Assembly (NCBI GenBank): GCA_951406725.2
Contig: OX597818.1
Span: 125,674,001 to 125,738,000, forward strand
Reading direction: 5' to 3'
Length of the DNA stretch: 64,000 nucleotides
DNA from: Octopus vulgaris
Taxonomy: Eukaryota
Below are positions 1-13,318 of this stretch, piece by piece. The position numbers were made by a program, and so were the translations under genes. Each line of letters begins with the position of its first letter. Positions within the stretch are counted from its first letter, which is position 1. The notes below the pieces were generated by a model that saw nothing but the letters and a program-made list of their open reading frames with translations, did not search any database and was not told the DNA's origin.

Positions 1-222
<222 letters not shown>

Positions 223-223
<1 letters not shown>

Positions 224-1465
224 TCGTGGTGAAATAATGAAGGCAATTCAACCTGGCAATACTTGAGGCAGATGGAATCAAACACCACATCATAAAGGAA
301 AAGGCAAAAGGAGAGTACTTGCGGCAAATTAGAAAAATATTGTCTTCAAAGCTGAATGCTAGAAGCATTTCGGCAATAAACTCACGCACAGTCATAGTAG
401 TTCGCTATGGTGCTGGAATCCCGAAGTGGACAGAGGAGGAGCTAAAGGAGATGGATTGAAAGTCAAGAAAGCTCCTAACGATGCATGGAGCCCATCATCC
501 ACGTGCAGGCACTGATTGCCTATACATGAAAAGAGCAAATGGAGGAAGGGGACCGGTGAGTATGGAAGACTGCGTACGTATCGAACTCGAGAGCTTAATG
601 AGATGCCTAGCCCAAAGTAAGGAAACCTTGTTAGTGACAGATTAGAACGAGGGACTATTGAGAGCAGAGTGAAAAGGGAAAACAAAGGAAGAAGGGCAAA
701 AAGGATATGATGAAGAATTACGCAGGGGACTACACAATCAATTATATGTAGCTACTATAGAAGTTGCTGGAAAAAATAGGTAGGATTCGCTGATGAAAGG
801 AACTCTAAAAAAGAGACCGAGAGTACTATAGCGGTAGGTCAAAACCACGATCTGGTCACGAACTGGAGGGTCAAACCGCTGTGCTGTATCTGCAATAGAG
901 TGGATGAAACCATTGACCATATCACGATCGAATGCTCTAGACTTGCCCAAAACCACTACAAGTGGTGACGACACAATCAGGTAGCGAAAGTGAAAAGTGG
1001 GGGCTAGAGAGAGGCAAGACTTGATATGGACACAAACTGTACAGTGTAGTGGAACTGGAGACTAGCAAAATCTTCTGGAATTTCCCAATTCCAACAGATC
1101 AGGTGCTAGAGCAGAACAGACCGGACCTAGGGGTGGTGGACAAGATGTACCACATATTCTATATAGTTGAAGTTGCATGTCCCTTCGTTCCCCGAATAGT
1201 CCAGAAGGAAGGCGAAACGTTAGATAGATACAACCCTCTTAACCCGGCTGTGGAAAAGGAAGAAGGTGCAGATAATGCCAATTATTGTTGGATCCTTGGG
1301 AACAGTATCAGAAGGCATCAAGAGGAATATAAATGAAATTGGAATAGAGTGCCCAGTAGAACTGTTACAAAAGGTTTGCCTGCTTGGCACGGCCAGAATA
1401 ATCAGGAAAGTATTAGATACCTGGAAAGAACGAATAGCCTGGTCCCGTAGGCTGTAGGTAGCAAG
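223..1465 (+). mobile_element. Decayed, 5'-truncated non-LTR retrotransposon with restriction-like endonuclease (R4/Dong-like)
   Basis: Frameshifted remnants read RKILSSKLN, RYGAG, LTMHGAHHPRA, GGRG, a CCHC knuckle remnant near 880-980, then IFWNFPIPTDQVLEQNRPDLGVVDK..IVEVACPF and IMPIIVGSLG..LQKVCLLGTARIIRKVL. These match the RT C-terminus plus REL domain. The flanking (TAA)n fits the known Dong target. Confidence 0.85.
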
Positions 1466-4193
1466 CATGTATGTATGTATGTATGTATGTATGTATGTAT
1501 GTGCGTGTGTGTATGCGATGCTCCAGCATGACCGCAACTTCATGGCTAAAACAAGTAAAAGAGTACATATACTATATGTGTGTTTGGAAAGATTTTACTT
1601 TCTTTGTCACTTGCGTATTGATTTTTTTCAATGGTACTTAATTAGCTGATAAACATAATTAACTAACAATAAAAGGCTACAAATGCAACAGGAAACTCAA
1701 ATTTACTTACTAAGATACGAAGCAGCTATGAATGACTAAAAGCATAAAGGCCACTGCATGAAATCTGTAGCTTACAATCCAGACAAAATCGATCACAGTG
1801 ATGCAATTTTTTGAGATCTTTATGATTTTAATTAGCCAAACATAGTCAGAGTAATAAGTTGGGTATTAAAATATATTAAATAAAAAATATAACCTGAAGA
1901 GGAATTTACGTTCTCCATGTTTAGACTCTTGAAGAATGTTTCGATGCTTAGGAATAGAAATAGCTGTTTATTGATTAATGCCAGAAATTGCGTACATCTA
2001 ATAACTCACTTGATTTATCACATAGGAAGATGACATATAAGTCAGCTATAATATGTGTTACAATTGGCTGAGAATGCCGACACTTTACGGTTTCAATGCA
2101 TTATCTCTGCGCTGGCATTAAAACACATACTGCTTTTACTGTGTGGTGCATAACAGAAATTCCAGTAAAGTTTAAAGGAGAATAATTCTCAAAAACGAAG
2201 AAAGTACTGATAATTGTATATATGTAGAATTGGAATTACAAAGCGCGCACACACACACACACACTTGATTACACTTGGTTTTGTAATCAGGCAAGTAGGC
2301 TCTCGATCATGAGTTTGAAGTGTGACAGAGCACTCGGTCGGATCAAATTCACTTAACAGAATCAAAAAGTATGACCCCGAATCTTCATTTAACTATTTTG
2401 TGCTCGCTTTCAGTAAAGGTTCCAGGCAACTCAAAATAAATCATAGATTTAGGAATATTATGTACGGTAGAGAGAAGCCCACTGTCTTCCCATCGTCTCT
2501 CTCTCCCTTCCTCTCTCTTTCTCTTTCTCTTTCTCCTTCTCGTCACACGAAGTCGAGTAAGTGTAAGTGAAACAGAGGTATTTTCCTTACAGATCGACCT
2601 ACTACTGCTTGTTTAACTGAATTTTTGAAGGTATTCTGCTGTTAGGGACACTGGGAAGCTCGTTATTTATACGGGTCCTGAACCAAATCATTAGCCCTTT
2701 AAAGATACCTGTAATAATTCACTTATTTACATTATACATATAATTGTATCATATTAGCCTCTCACATTTTGTTACGTCTATGTAAGAGAAATAGCAGTGG
2801 TCATGCCTTTTTTGCTAGGCATTACTGAATGCAGACCGAATGCATGCAACAAAGTGAAAAGCCAACCAAGTGATATTCGTCGGTCGTTGGATTAAGTTTC
2901 CTCCTTAGAAAATACAGTTCATCCGACGGCTTCTACACAGTTTCTGTCTATGGAATTTCGAAAGGTTTGGATGCATCTGAGGCACAGGAGAAGTGTGATT
3001 AGAAAGCAAACTTACTAGACATACATACATATATACAGATATATAAACTTATGTACATATACACATGTGCATGTATGTATGAATGTGCGAATGTATGTTT
3101 ACAAGCCGAGAGATAAAATAAATGTTTAAGCCTTATATACAATGTATATCGTTTACCTAAAATACGAGTTTATAATCGAACATAAATTTATATGGGGCTT
3201 TGCCTGCGTTGTGAACTTAAGTAGAAGGGAGGCAGTAAATGTTTAATTGCCAACAACTGTAACTTAAAGCCATACAGTTTATGATATCAGTGTTGATTTA
3301 ATCTACTGCAATGTTTGACATGTACTTATTTTATCAGGAACAAAATCAAAGTAGATCCCAATCGGATTTGAACTTAAGAGAACTCAGAGACGAAACTTAT
3401 AGATTGCAAGATACTTTGAATACATACACATAGATGTAATAATTTGAAATGCAAGTTAATGAAAGAATCAGAGCTTATCATTGGAAATTAAATAACGAAA
3501 ACAATTTCAGGTATCAAGAGAAATATTTTTTTAAACCATTAGTATGTATGGATCAATACGGATTTTAACGACAGATGAAAAACTAACTAGGTATGTGACA
3601 AAACAAAAAATAAACAAAGATTATGTTCAGTCAAATTGCTCTGTTTATAGACTCATGATTTGTATAAATTTGAACATATTTTAAAAGAAGTCTGTATCAC
3701 GAAGGATAATTATAGAATTAAAACATTTAAAAATACTTTTAAGTGTTCCAGTCATGTGCTTTGCTGAAATTATGTTGGGATCAGTTGTGGAATAAGCCTT
3801 GAGTGTATACAACCAAACGATGAACAAACACGGACAAGGAGACAAGAAGACGAGCTTCAAGCTGTCTCGCCCTCGTCAGCGTCTGCTTAAGTGACTAGCA
3901 CCGAGAACAGGGTTGATGAGTTAAGTAAATGTTATCCATTAGCTAAGTAGAAAATGTTACTTAACCCACAGACTGTTAAGCTAATTTGTGCAGTGGTCCA
4001 GGCTTAGCAACTATAAACAATTCTCGTTAAGTCAGACACTGTATGAAAAGTAATGGATTCAATTTTGACATAAAAATATATTTCGGTATATGGATCATAT
4101 TTTTGAAAAGTGTTCATGCTATGTATGATATAAAGAGAATATGTAACAGAACACCTTATGTAATGCATGCATTTCTACAACCCCTGCTTACAG

Positions 4194-4307
4194 ATTTAAA
4201 CGACAGGTAGCTGATATGCGAGTGGCTGAGTATCGGGCACTGATGGCATTGTCCAGAAAAATTACCTGCACCCAGGTAGCGTGTGGGTTAGTTGATATTG
4301 ATAAGAG
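4194..4307 (+). CDS. Neuropeptide precursor, peptide exon A: (x)FKR-QVADMRVAEYRALMALSRKITCTQVACGLVDIDK(S/R)
   Basis: Acceptor cccctgcttacag, donor AG|gtatag. 114 nt, phase 2/2, open frame. Dibasic KR followed by Gln. Clearly paralogous to exon B (D..AEY.A...LS, C..VACG.VDI). Confidence 0.85.
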
Positions 4308-4554
4308 GTATAGTAAGCTCTAGTTCAACCCCCAAACACTATCCTTTTACCTAGTCAAGACCTAAACCAAAGCCCTTTCTCACTTACCCGCCTCAAATCC
4401 TTAAGTAAATGGTCAATGCATTACATTGTTAATATTTTTTTTCGTGTTTTGTGTTATACCAATAATTAATAACGTAGCAATGATAGATTCAATTTTTACA
4501 GTTCAAATTTTTGTACCATTTCATTCATAAATATTGCACACACACACACACACA

Positions 4555-4591
<37 letters not shown>

Positions 4592-5275
4592 ACACACACA
4601 GACACACAGACACACACACACACACACACAGAAACACACACACGCTTATATATGTATATTATACATAGTACTCTACCTTCATACTGTGTGGGCTGAGGTT
4701 CACACTTCATAAGCCGCTAATATGGCTTGGTTAAACTTCTGATTTAGGTAGCTAAATAATTTATCACTCTTGTGTCGTAGTTAACACGGCTATACACATT
4801 ACAGCAGACTCGGAGTTCAATTTCCATAGATCATTTAATGCATATAAATAGTATATGCATATACACAGATATTAATGTACAAGTATATATATATGGCCAT
4901 TTTACGCACACATACACGCATATGCACGTGTATATAGTAATATTTAAGTAAATATTTCGACCATTTGTTAAAGGAATATCGTGCTACCCTACCAACCACC
5001 TCCATTTCCAGTAAAACTCCATTGCCTCTTCTATAGTTATCTTTATCCAATGATACCCGTTCCTCACATTTCACATAGTTGGTCACATTATAATTGTTAT
5101 GTTATTACAAAAAGCAGTATTGATTTTATTTTGTTGTCATTACCTTTTACGTTGATATGTGCAATTTTCCTTCGCATTCCTTCTCGTATTTATAACGTTT
5201 GTTTCTTATCGACCTGTCAAATTGTTCTGTCATTATTGTTGATGTCCATTTGTGTGTTGTTTTACCTATTTACAG

Positions 5276-5395
5276 ATCGAAGCGCCAGACAGGCGATGTT
5301 AAAATAGCTGAATACCAAGCATGGTTAGGACTTAGTGGCACTGTACCACCGGGTTGTGTCGAGGTTGCCTGTGGGGTAGTCGATATAAACGCCAG
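5276..5395 (+). CDS. Neuropeptide precursor, peptide exon B: (x)SKR-QTGDVKIAEYQAWLGLSGTVPPGCVEVACGVVDINA(S)
   Basis: Acceptor ttttacctatttacag, donor AG|gtacag. 120 nt, phase 2/2. Lies inside ORF 5199-5447. Paralogous to exon A. Confidence 0.87.
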
Positions 5396-5586
5396 GTACA
5401 GTAAAATACAAAAAAACAGTAAAAGCCAAAATCCTGCTAAGCCATGAAAAATCCATTTTCAGGAATAGAAAAGACGCAAAGTTTTATGTTCTATCCTCCA
5501 GTAACATTGCTCTCCCTTCTCAATTTGTTGATTGATAAATGTTGTTTGCGTGTTTGTACATATGTATATAGGCATGTATTTATGTA

Positions 5587-5649
<63 letters not shown>

Positions 5650-5867
5650 TATATATGTATGTAGGTATGTATGAAGGTATGTATTACAATCCACCCAACT
5701 GAAAATGGAGGCCCCTGCTACAAACCAGGGTTCCATTTAAGAGTAATATAGGTCTTCCCGTATAAGCACTGTGGTGGCATCATTCGGGAGCTAACACAAT
5801 GAGAAAGCGCACTGTGATCAACGGTGTACAACAACATTTGATAGTCTGGTCTATCTATACTGTGCTG

Positions 5868-5914
<47 letters not shown>

Positions 5915-5922
<8 letters not shown>

Positions 5923-6146
5923 AATATTAGGGAATAAATCCAAATTTACAGGGAAAAAATCAGATTTAGGATTAAATCCAATTTTATAGTAAAATATTAT
6001 ATAATATTATTAGAGACAAAACCACCATTTTGCAAAACATACAAGGAAAGACTTAATCAATACATAAAATTTTAATGAAAAGTAAAAAAAACCGCCACTA
6101 CAATTGTTTCATTGTTTGTTTTGCAAAATAGTGGTTTTGTCTCTAA

Positions 6147-6147
<1 letters not shown>
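5915..6147. mobile_element. Fold-back fragment (probably Penelope-like terminus) between (TA)n tracts
   Basis: Internal inverted repeat attagagacaaaaccaccattttgcaaaac / gttttgcaaaatagtggttttgtctctaat. The same family occurs in reverse at 59545-60185. Confidence 0.5.
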
Positions 6148-6194
<47 letters not shown>

Positions 6195-6196
<2 letters not shown>

Positions 6197-6395
6197 CCTC
6201 GTGTGTACCGTTGGCGATTTTTTTTTCCTCTGTCTTCCCTTCTCTGGATCTTTCCTTCTCCTATGTTTCCGAGGAAGAGCTCCGCTCGAAACGTTAAACC
6301 CCCCTTCTTCCCTTCATTCCTGAGCGTCCAATAATACCTATATTTGTTCCACATCCTCGCGTTGTTGTGTTTTTTTTGTGTTTTCTTGTTTGGAT

Positions 6396-6400
<5 letters not shown>
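6195..6400 (+). mobile_element. Penelope-like pseudo-LTR fragment carrying a hammerhead motif, inserted in (TA)n
   Basis: (TA)n on both sides; contains the hammerhead motif at 6265-6299. Confidence 0.6.
6265..6299 (+). ncRNA. Minimal type I hammerhead ribozyme-like motif (U4C variant)
   Basis: GUUU-CCGAGGA-A-GAGC(UCC)GCUC-GAAA-CG-UU-AAAC. Stem I GUUU/AAAC, stem II GAGC/GCUC, palindromic ACGU in place of stem III. Confidence 0.6.
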
Positions 6401-6467
<67 letters not shown>

Positions 6468-6869
6468 CGTATGTATGTATGTATGTATATGTATATGTTG
6501 TTGTAATGAGAATTTTATGAACATTCAAGAGAGCGTGGAATAACACTCTTTTTGGAATCTCGGAGTACATATAAAGCTATAGATAATATTCGGTTGAAAA
6601 ACACTTTTGAAAATGATTCTATGTATTAGTCTGTGTATGACACCATGTGTATATGTGTATGTGTCCATAAAAGTTTTTAAATGCTTGCCGGTGTAAAACC
6701 TGGCATTGTGATATGTGTTGCGTCCCTCATTGTCATTCCATAACACGTGGAAAAGTGGTGCTCGGTATAAGGATTACTTGACTAAAAGAGTACTGCGACA
6801 GAGGAACGAAAATATTTGGTGGTTGTGGACACTTGTGGTCTAGTGTAGCCTCGTGTGACCTAGTGTGTG

Positions 6870-6902
<33 letters not shown>

Positions 6903-7027
6903 CATGCACTCACGTACACACACGCATGCACTCACACACACATACACACACACGCATATATATACAAATATACATAGTGCATCTATATATATGAATATAT
7001 ATATATATTTATATAAATATATATATA

Positions 7028-7486
<459 letters not shown>

Positions 7487-8377
7487 TAGATATATATATA
7501 TATATATATGAATATGGATATAGTTTACTGTTCTGTTACAAATCAACAAACAGATATTCCATCCGGTGTGAAATATAAATATCTTTTAATATACATGGTA
7601 TTAAAATAAGAACTATTTATAGTTTCTTGACATGAAGACACGTTGTTAGATAGGTTTTTATAACGTACCTTGTGTCTCCAAACTACCCTTTATGCTCTGA
7701 GTCCGTGGCTTGTTATATTTTTCAAATAGAACAAAACCATGAGCTCAGAGCCTGAAAACTCCTATTAGCTCATATTGTAGTACAGTGTACATCAAATGAT
7801 ATGTGTGTATGTGTTTATATATGTTTGTATGTGTGTGTGTGCGTGTATTTGTATGTATGCTTGAGTGTGTGTATGCATATCTGTACGTAGCTATATGTTG
7901 CTATATCTAAAGTTTGTACTGCCTTCTATTGTTCAGCTGCTATTTATATTTATCATTATCGTTTTTGTTGTAATCAATATATCATTTTCTTTACTCTTAT
8001 TTCAATCACTTATATTTTCAATTTTGCTATTACTTACAATCCGTCTTATCTTTGTTCTTCTTTCTGCTTGTTATTGTTGCTGTTTAAATGTTCTGTTGCT
8101 GTTGGGGGTCCCTCTTTTTTTTTCGTTTCCGTTTCAGTTCTTTTCTCGTTTGTTGTTCTCAATATTGTCGTGTTCTTTGTGTCTTATTTTCATATATTTT
8201 TTCTACTTATATCGACATTCCCTTTCCTATGTCACGTTTCTTCAACGTAACAGAAAACGTCATTGAATAGAAGGGTGGGCAGAGTATCTGTGTGTGTGTG
8301 TGCATTTGAAAATATTATCAGCTCATAATTACCAATCTATCTACCTATACACATATACATATATATACATACATATG

Positions 8378-8491
<114 letters not shown>

Positions 8492-8610
8492 TATAGTTCT
8501 ATAAATATATATATATATATATGTCTATAGTTTTATATATATATATAAAATTTTCGGTATGTGGTTAAGCAACTTGTTGCAAATAACCCTTATTGTTATA
8601 ATTATATATA

Positions 8611-8649
<39 letters not shown>

Positions 8650-8912
8650 TGTCATATGCACATACTTATAGACAGACAGGGGCACGGACACACACATAAA
8701 CACACAAACACACAGTTGTGTAGCTTAGTTTTGCATCTGATTTATCATTAACTGAGTATTATTACTGTAATTATAGATAATGTTGCAGTTACTGTAGGTA
8801 TTAAAAACATATTTACACCCTTATATTTATTTTTATTATATTTCCCTTGTACACGCATGATCTTGTCCTTTGTAATCTACTTAAATAGGGTAGTATATAT
8901 ATATATATATAT

Positions 8913-9790
8913 ATTCATAAATGAGGGTGAAAAATTAGATATTAATTTAATAATACCATCAGTTTAACACCAAGTGGCCTAGCACATAAAAAAACCAGGG
9001 AGACAGTACAAATTTATACGTAAATATAAGAGAGTTAACGTTAAGTGGTTAACTCTAGTGCTAGAAATAGCTCCTTATTCTGGTATAGCCACCGAAATTG
9101 TTTCCACAAAAGAAATAACATTACCTTCAACGTAAGGAAAGCGAAATACAACGAAAAGATAGATTAATGCTGAACAATTGTTTCTTTATCAACATAATAT
9201 GCAATTATACTCACATATTTGTCTATAAGTCATCGGCAGCATTTGTCCTCGATTCAATTTATCAGACCCTCACGGGCGATAAATACCCGTGCGGTCTGAT
9301 CGATTGCATACATAGTTGTGGTTTAGCTTCCCCGCCAAAAAGCATGCTAAGACTTAGTGGAAACTGATACTGCATATAATATTTGCTGCAGCATATTAAA
9401 TTTATAAATTCATAAATGAGGGTGAAAAATTAGAAATTAATTTAATAATACCATCAGTTTAACACCAAGTGGCCTAGCACATACAAAACCAGGGAGACAG
9501 TACAAATTTATACGTAAATATAAGAGAGTTAACGTTAAGTGGTTAACTCTAGTGCTAGAAATAGCTCCTTATTCTGGTATAGCCACCGAAGTTGTTTCCA
9601 CAAAAGAAATAACATTTTATGTGCTAGGCCACTTGGTGTTAAACTGATGGTATTATTAAATTAATTTCTAATTTTTCACCCTCATTTATGAATTTATAAA
9701 TTTAATATGCTGCAGCAAATATTATATGCAGTATCAGTTTCCACTAAGTCTTAGCATGCTTTTTGGCGGGAAAGCTAAACCACAACTATG
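8913..9790. mobile_element. Partial-tandem plus inverted element (Penelope-like architecture)
   Basis: 8913-9122 is repeated directly at about 9408-9616, and 9617-9790 is the reverse complement of about 9310-9487. (TA)n on the left, (CATA)n on the right. Confidence 0.6.
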
Positions 9791-10857
9791 TCTGTCTACA
9801 TACATACGTATGTAGACATACATACATACATACGTATGTAGACATACATACATACATATATACATACATACATGTATGTATTATGTATAATGAAAGTTAA
9901 AACAAAGTTTGTTTATAAAATATTTAATTACATTATCTTATGCGTAGGTGATTTACCATGAAAAATATCAGCCATTAAAAAGTAGACCTTATTAAGTCGT
10001 TTGCTTTGTGCTGTTAAATCTCCTGAAGTTGAGTTAATCTCATTAGAGTCCTTCTGTATTCTCACTCTGCACTTCCGACACTGTTATGGTATGGGCTATC
10101 ACAATCACAACTACAACGATATATTGAATGTGTGTGTGGATGTGTGGATGTGTGTGTGAGTGTGTATGTATATACATATACATATGCTTACCCATTTACA
10201 TGCATGGACTTGAAGTGTATGTTTGGGTCATTTTTGTTTATTTGTCTGTGTGGACAGGGAGCGCTTTACATGCTTATAGTGATGTATATAATACGAACTG
10301 GTTCCTGTTTACTATATTGCTGCTTCTAGCCACTCCGAAATGACATTTCCCAAATGCTTTCTGTTTCTTCTCTTTGTTTAAATCTCATCTAATTAACTCG
10401 TATATTCAATTTCTGTAACCTAATCATATTCCTATCATTGTATTGTTTTCTACATCACACAGCAGAATATAGATGTTGCGTCGAACAAACAAACGAATGA
10501 ACGAACTACTGCAATAAGATCCACACTGAGATACCACTAATATACTGTACTTAAATATGAGCCAGATATTATATTGTTTTATTGCCCTACTTCTCTATAT
10601 TTTCTTCTGTTAGGTGAAAGAAGAATCATTAACATGAAAACCAAATTCGATTATAAAAATTGTGGTAAAATGATGACACCAAAACCATTGTTTTTGAAAA
10701 TATTCATTCTTCTGTATTGTTGTATAATATGCCTGTCAAAATATAATGATTTGATTTATTGCAATTGTTTATAACATGTTAATATCATACTTTCAATTAT
10801 TTCAGCATAAATTTATATGGTATATTGGTTTGTGTGAGGGGATAGTATTTGTGCATA

Positions 10858-10939
<82 letters not shown>

Positions 10940-10946
10940 TGAGTGA

Positions 10947-10977
<31 letters not shown>

Positions 10978-10983
<6 letters not shown>

Positions 10984-11825
10984 TGAGTAAATTGTCGCCA
11001 CTATATAGTTTTAAGTTCGAGCATTCGCATAGTTCGTTTTTAATTTTATCGACTACACAGTATAGTAGGATCAGTTGGGCACCGTCTGTGGGAAAAACAG
11101 CACTATGACGCAATTCACTCTCCCTGAAATTTGGAAACGACATGCTGTACTGTTTGACATTCGTGCCAGAAGCTCCAATAGGAACATTTCAGAGTGTTTG
11201 TGTGTCAATCTGAGGACATGTACTGAGAGCGATAAAAATCAAACATCTAGTCAACATCATGGTGTTTGGAGTGATCGCTAGTGACGGCGAGCTTACGCCT
11301 CCATTCATCATCCCACGGGGCCTCAGACTCAACACGAAAGGCCTACATTAAGTGCCTGGAGGAGCTAGTGCTGCCCTGGGTGAAGCGGGTGACATCTAGG
11401 AGACCATATGTCTGGCAACACGATACTACACCATACCATATAGGTAGGACAATTTCTGCGACCCCATCACCCCAAACATCTGGCCACATAACTTCCGAGA
11501 CTACAACCGTCTTAATTATTACGTGTGGGGTGCATTTGACCGAGAGTCCAACAAAACTCCTTGTAACACCAAAGATGAACTAAAGGGAAGGATCATGGCA
11601 GCATTCACCGACTTAAAAAAGGTGATCGTCCAGGAGAGTTGCAGGAGATTCCGAAGTTGTCTGGGGGCCATGGTTGAAGCTAATGGCGATTTTGTTAAAT
11701 AATCTATTCTTTAGTATGTCAAGAAAGTCTATGTAATTTTGGTCAATATATCTATTAAAATGAGATGTCAGTGTTACTTTCATTTTTTCGTAATTTAGAC
11801 GACAATTTATTCACTGCACACTGTA
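10978..11825 (+). mobile_element. Decayed Tc1/mariner-superfamily transposon (maT/DD37D-like)
   Basis: Remnants YIKCLEELVLPWVKRVTSRRPYVWQHDTTPYH, a degenerate WP..S.D.N.L.YYVW box, and NKTPCNTKDELKGRIMAAF. Terminal inverted similarity taaattgtcg / cgacaattta; TA flanks. Confidence 0.8.
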
Positions 11826-12062
11826 TATATATGTGTGTGTGTTTGTGTGGGTATGTATATATTTATATGCGTGTTCCTGTGTGTGAGCGTGTATGGATGT
11901 AAATGTGTGCATATGTGTGTGTGTGTATACATATATAATATGTAATAATACAAATTACATATGTATTGTTATATAGATTTAATATTAAATATATTGTATA
12001 TATGTATGTATATACACATGCGTGTGTATCTGTGATTGCGTGTATGTGTGTGCGTGTGCGTT

Positions 12063-12131
<69 letters not shown>

Positions 12132-12210
12132 GTGAGTCTGTTTCTACGAGGTTCGTCAGTGTGTATTTCTTTGGAGTCTTTCTTAAATGAAATTTCTGAT
12201 TTTACTTCAG

Positions 12211-12309
12211 CGGTAAACGGACATCCTCCGACCAGAGGATAGCCGAATTAAGAGCTCTTAAGGCCATGAGCAAAGTGGCTGGTCATGGCCAATATGACTT
12301 TGCTGAAAT
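12211..12309 (+). CDS. Neuropeptide precursor, peptide exon C: (x)GKR-TSSDQRIAELRALKAMSKVAGHGQYDFAE(I), iPTH/PXXXamide-like
   Basis: Acceptor ttctgattttacttcag, donor AT|gtaggt. 99 nt, phase 2/2. The SDQRIAEL..L and GHG..D...I-amide motifs resemble the arthropod iPTH consensus as recalled. Confidence 0.85.
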
Positions 12310-12359
12310 GTAGGTATTCGAAATTATCTCTGTCATCAGCGCTACACTCATAGTCGTAC

Positions 12360-13248
12360 TGTCCGTCAAGAAATCACACAGTGTTCGTCTGTTGTCACAC
12401 TGTGCCGTGCTGTGTGTTATACGTCACGGTATGACTGTTTAATTCGTTAGGGTGTGTTGTTTTTTACTATACGTTTGTTACAGTTATATTCTTCGTCAAA
12501 CACCGTGGATCATTACGTCACACCAAGATTGTTCTTTTGTACGTTATGTTCTATCATTTTTCATACGTATTAACGTGCTGTTCCTGATTCTACGTCACCT
12601 CATCTCGTATATTTTACGTCATACTGTATTGTTATTACGTATATTTTTCATCAAACGCTGTTTGCTACATTATGCCGATGGTAATTCTCTGCGTTACGTT
12701 CATTTGTTCTTTCTTCGTCACACTGCCGATCACTGTTCTATTGCAAATCAAATTATTTCTATAACGTCCCGCCGTGCTGTACATTATGTTTCTTCCACGT
12801 TCCGTCATGTTCATCATTGCACCTTCGTCACGATATGATGATCACCTATTTTCCGTTGCATTGATATTGGATCAATTCTTTTCTCTCACGTCACGTTTGA
12901 TGTCCCCGTCTGTATTCTACGTTACAATGTACACTGATCTATGTTGCGTCTTATCCTCACTCTATTACATTGATCTTTTGCACGATTTCACTTATGTTAC
13001 TAAGTTACACTGTCTTATTCATCCTTCGTCATATCATACCTTTCATTTTTCTCTACACTTTAGAATACTATATCCTACTTCATGTTGTCTATGTAGATAT
13101 ATTTCTACGACGTTATGTTAATGTGTTTATTCTAAGTACTGTCTCGCTGTCACAATTTCGTTTCGCCGTGTGCCGTTTCCAAGTATTTCACAGTCCTTTT
13201 CTATGTTACGTCAAAAAATTGTATCATAACATCATGTACACACACACA

Positions 13249-13318
<70 letters not shown>

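Noticed and set aside
2761-2895. Candidate signal-peptide exon (..IAVVMPFLLGITECRP..)
   Set aside because: No upstream Met in frame, a weak hydrophobic core and no phase-2 donor.
3819-3892. RTRRQEDELQAV.. frame resembling a peptide start
   Set aside because: No suitable acceptor, no AE/D motifs, and an early stop.
8254-8290. Possible fourth, degenerate peptide exon (cag|A-KRH*IEGWAEYL)
   Set aside because: It has an acceptor, KR and AEY, but also an in-frame stop, wrong spacing and no C-terminal motif or donor. Likely chance.
10614-10664. Exon-like segment ttttcttctgttag|GTGAAAG..TGTG|gtaaaa
   Set aside because: Phase 1/1, incompatible with the phase-2 exons (the phase-2 reading hits TGA immediately), and no similarity to the peptides.
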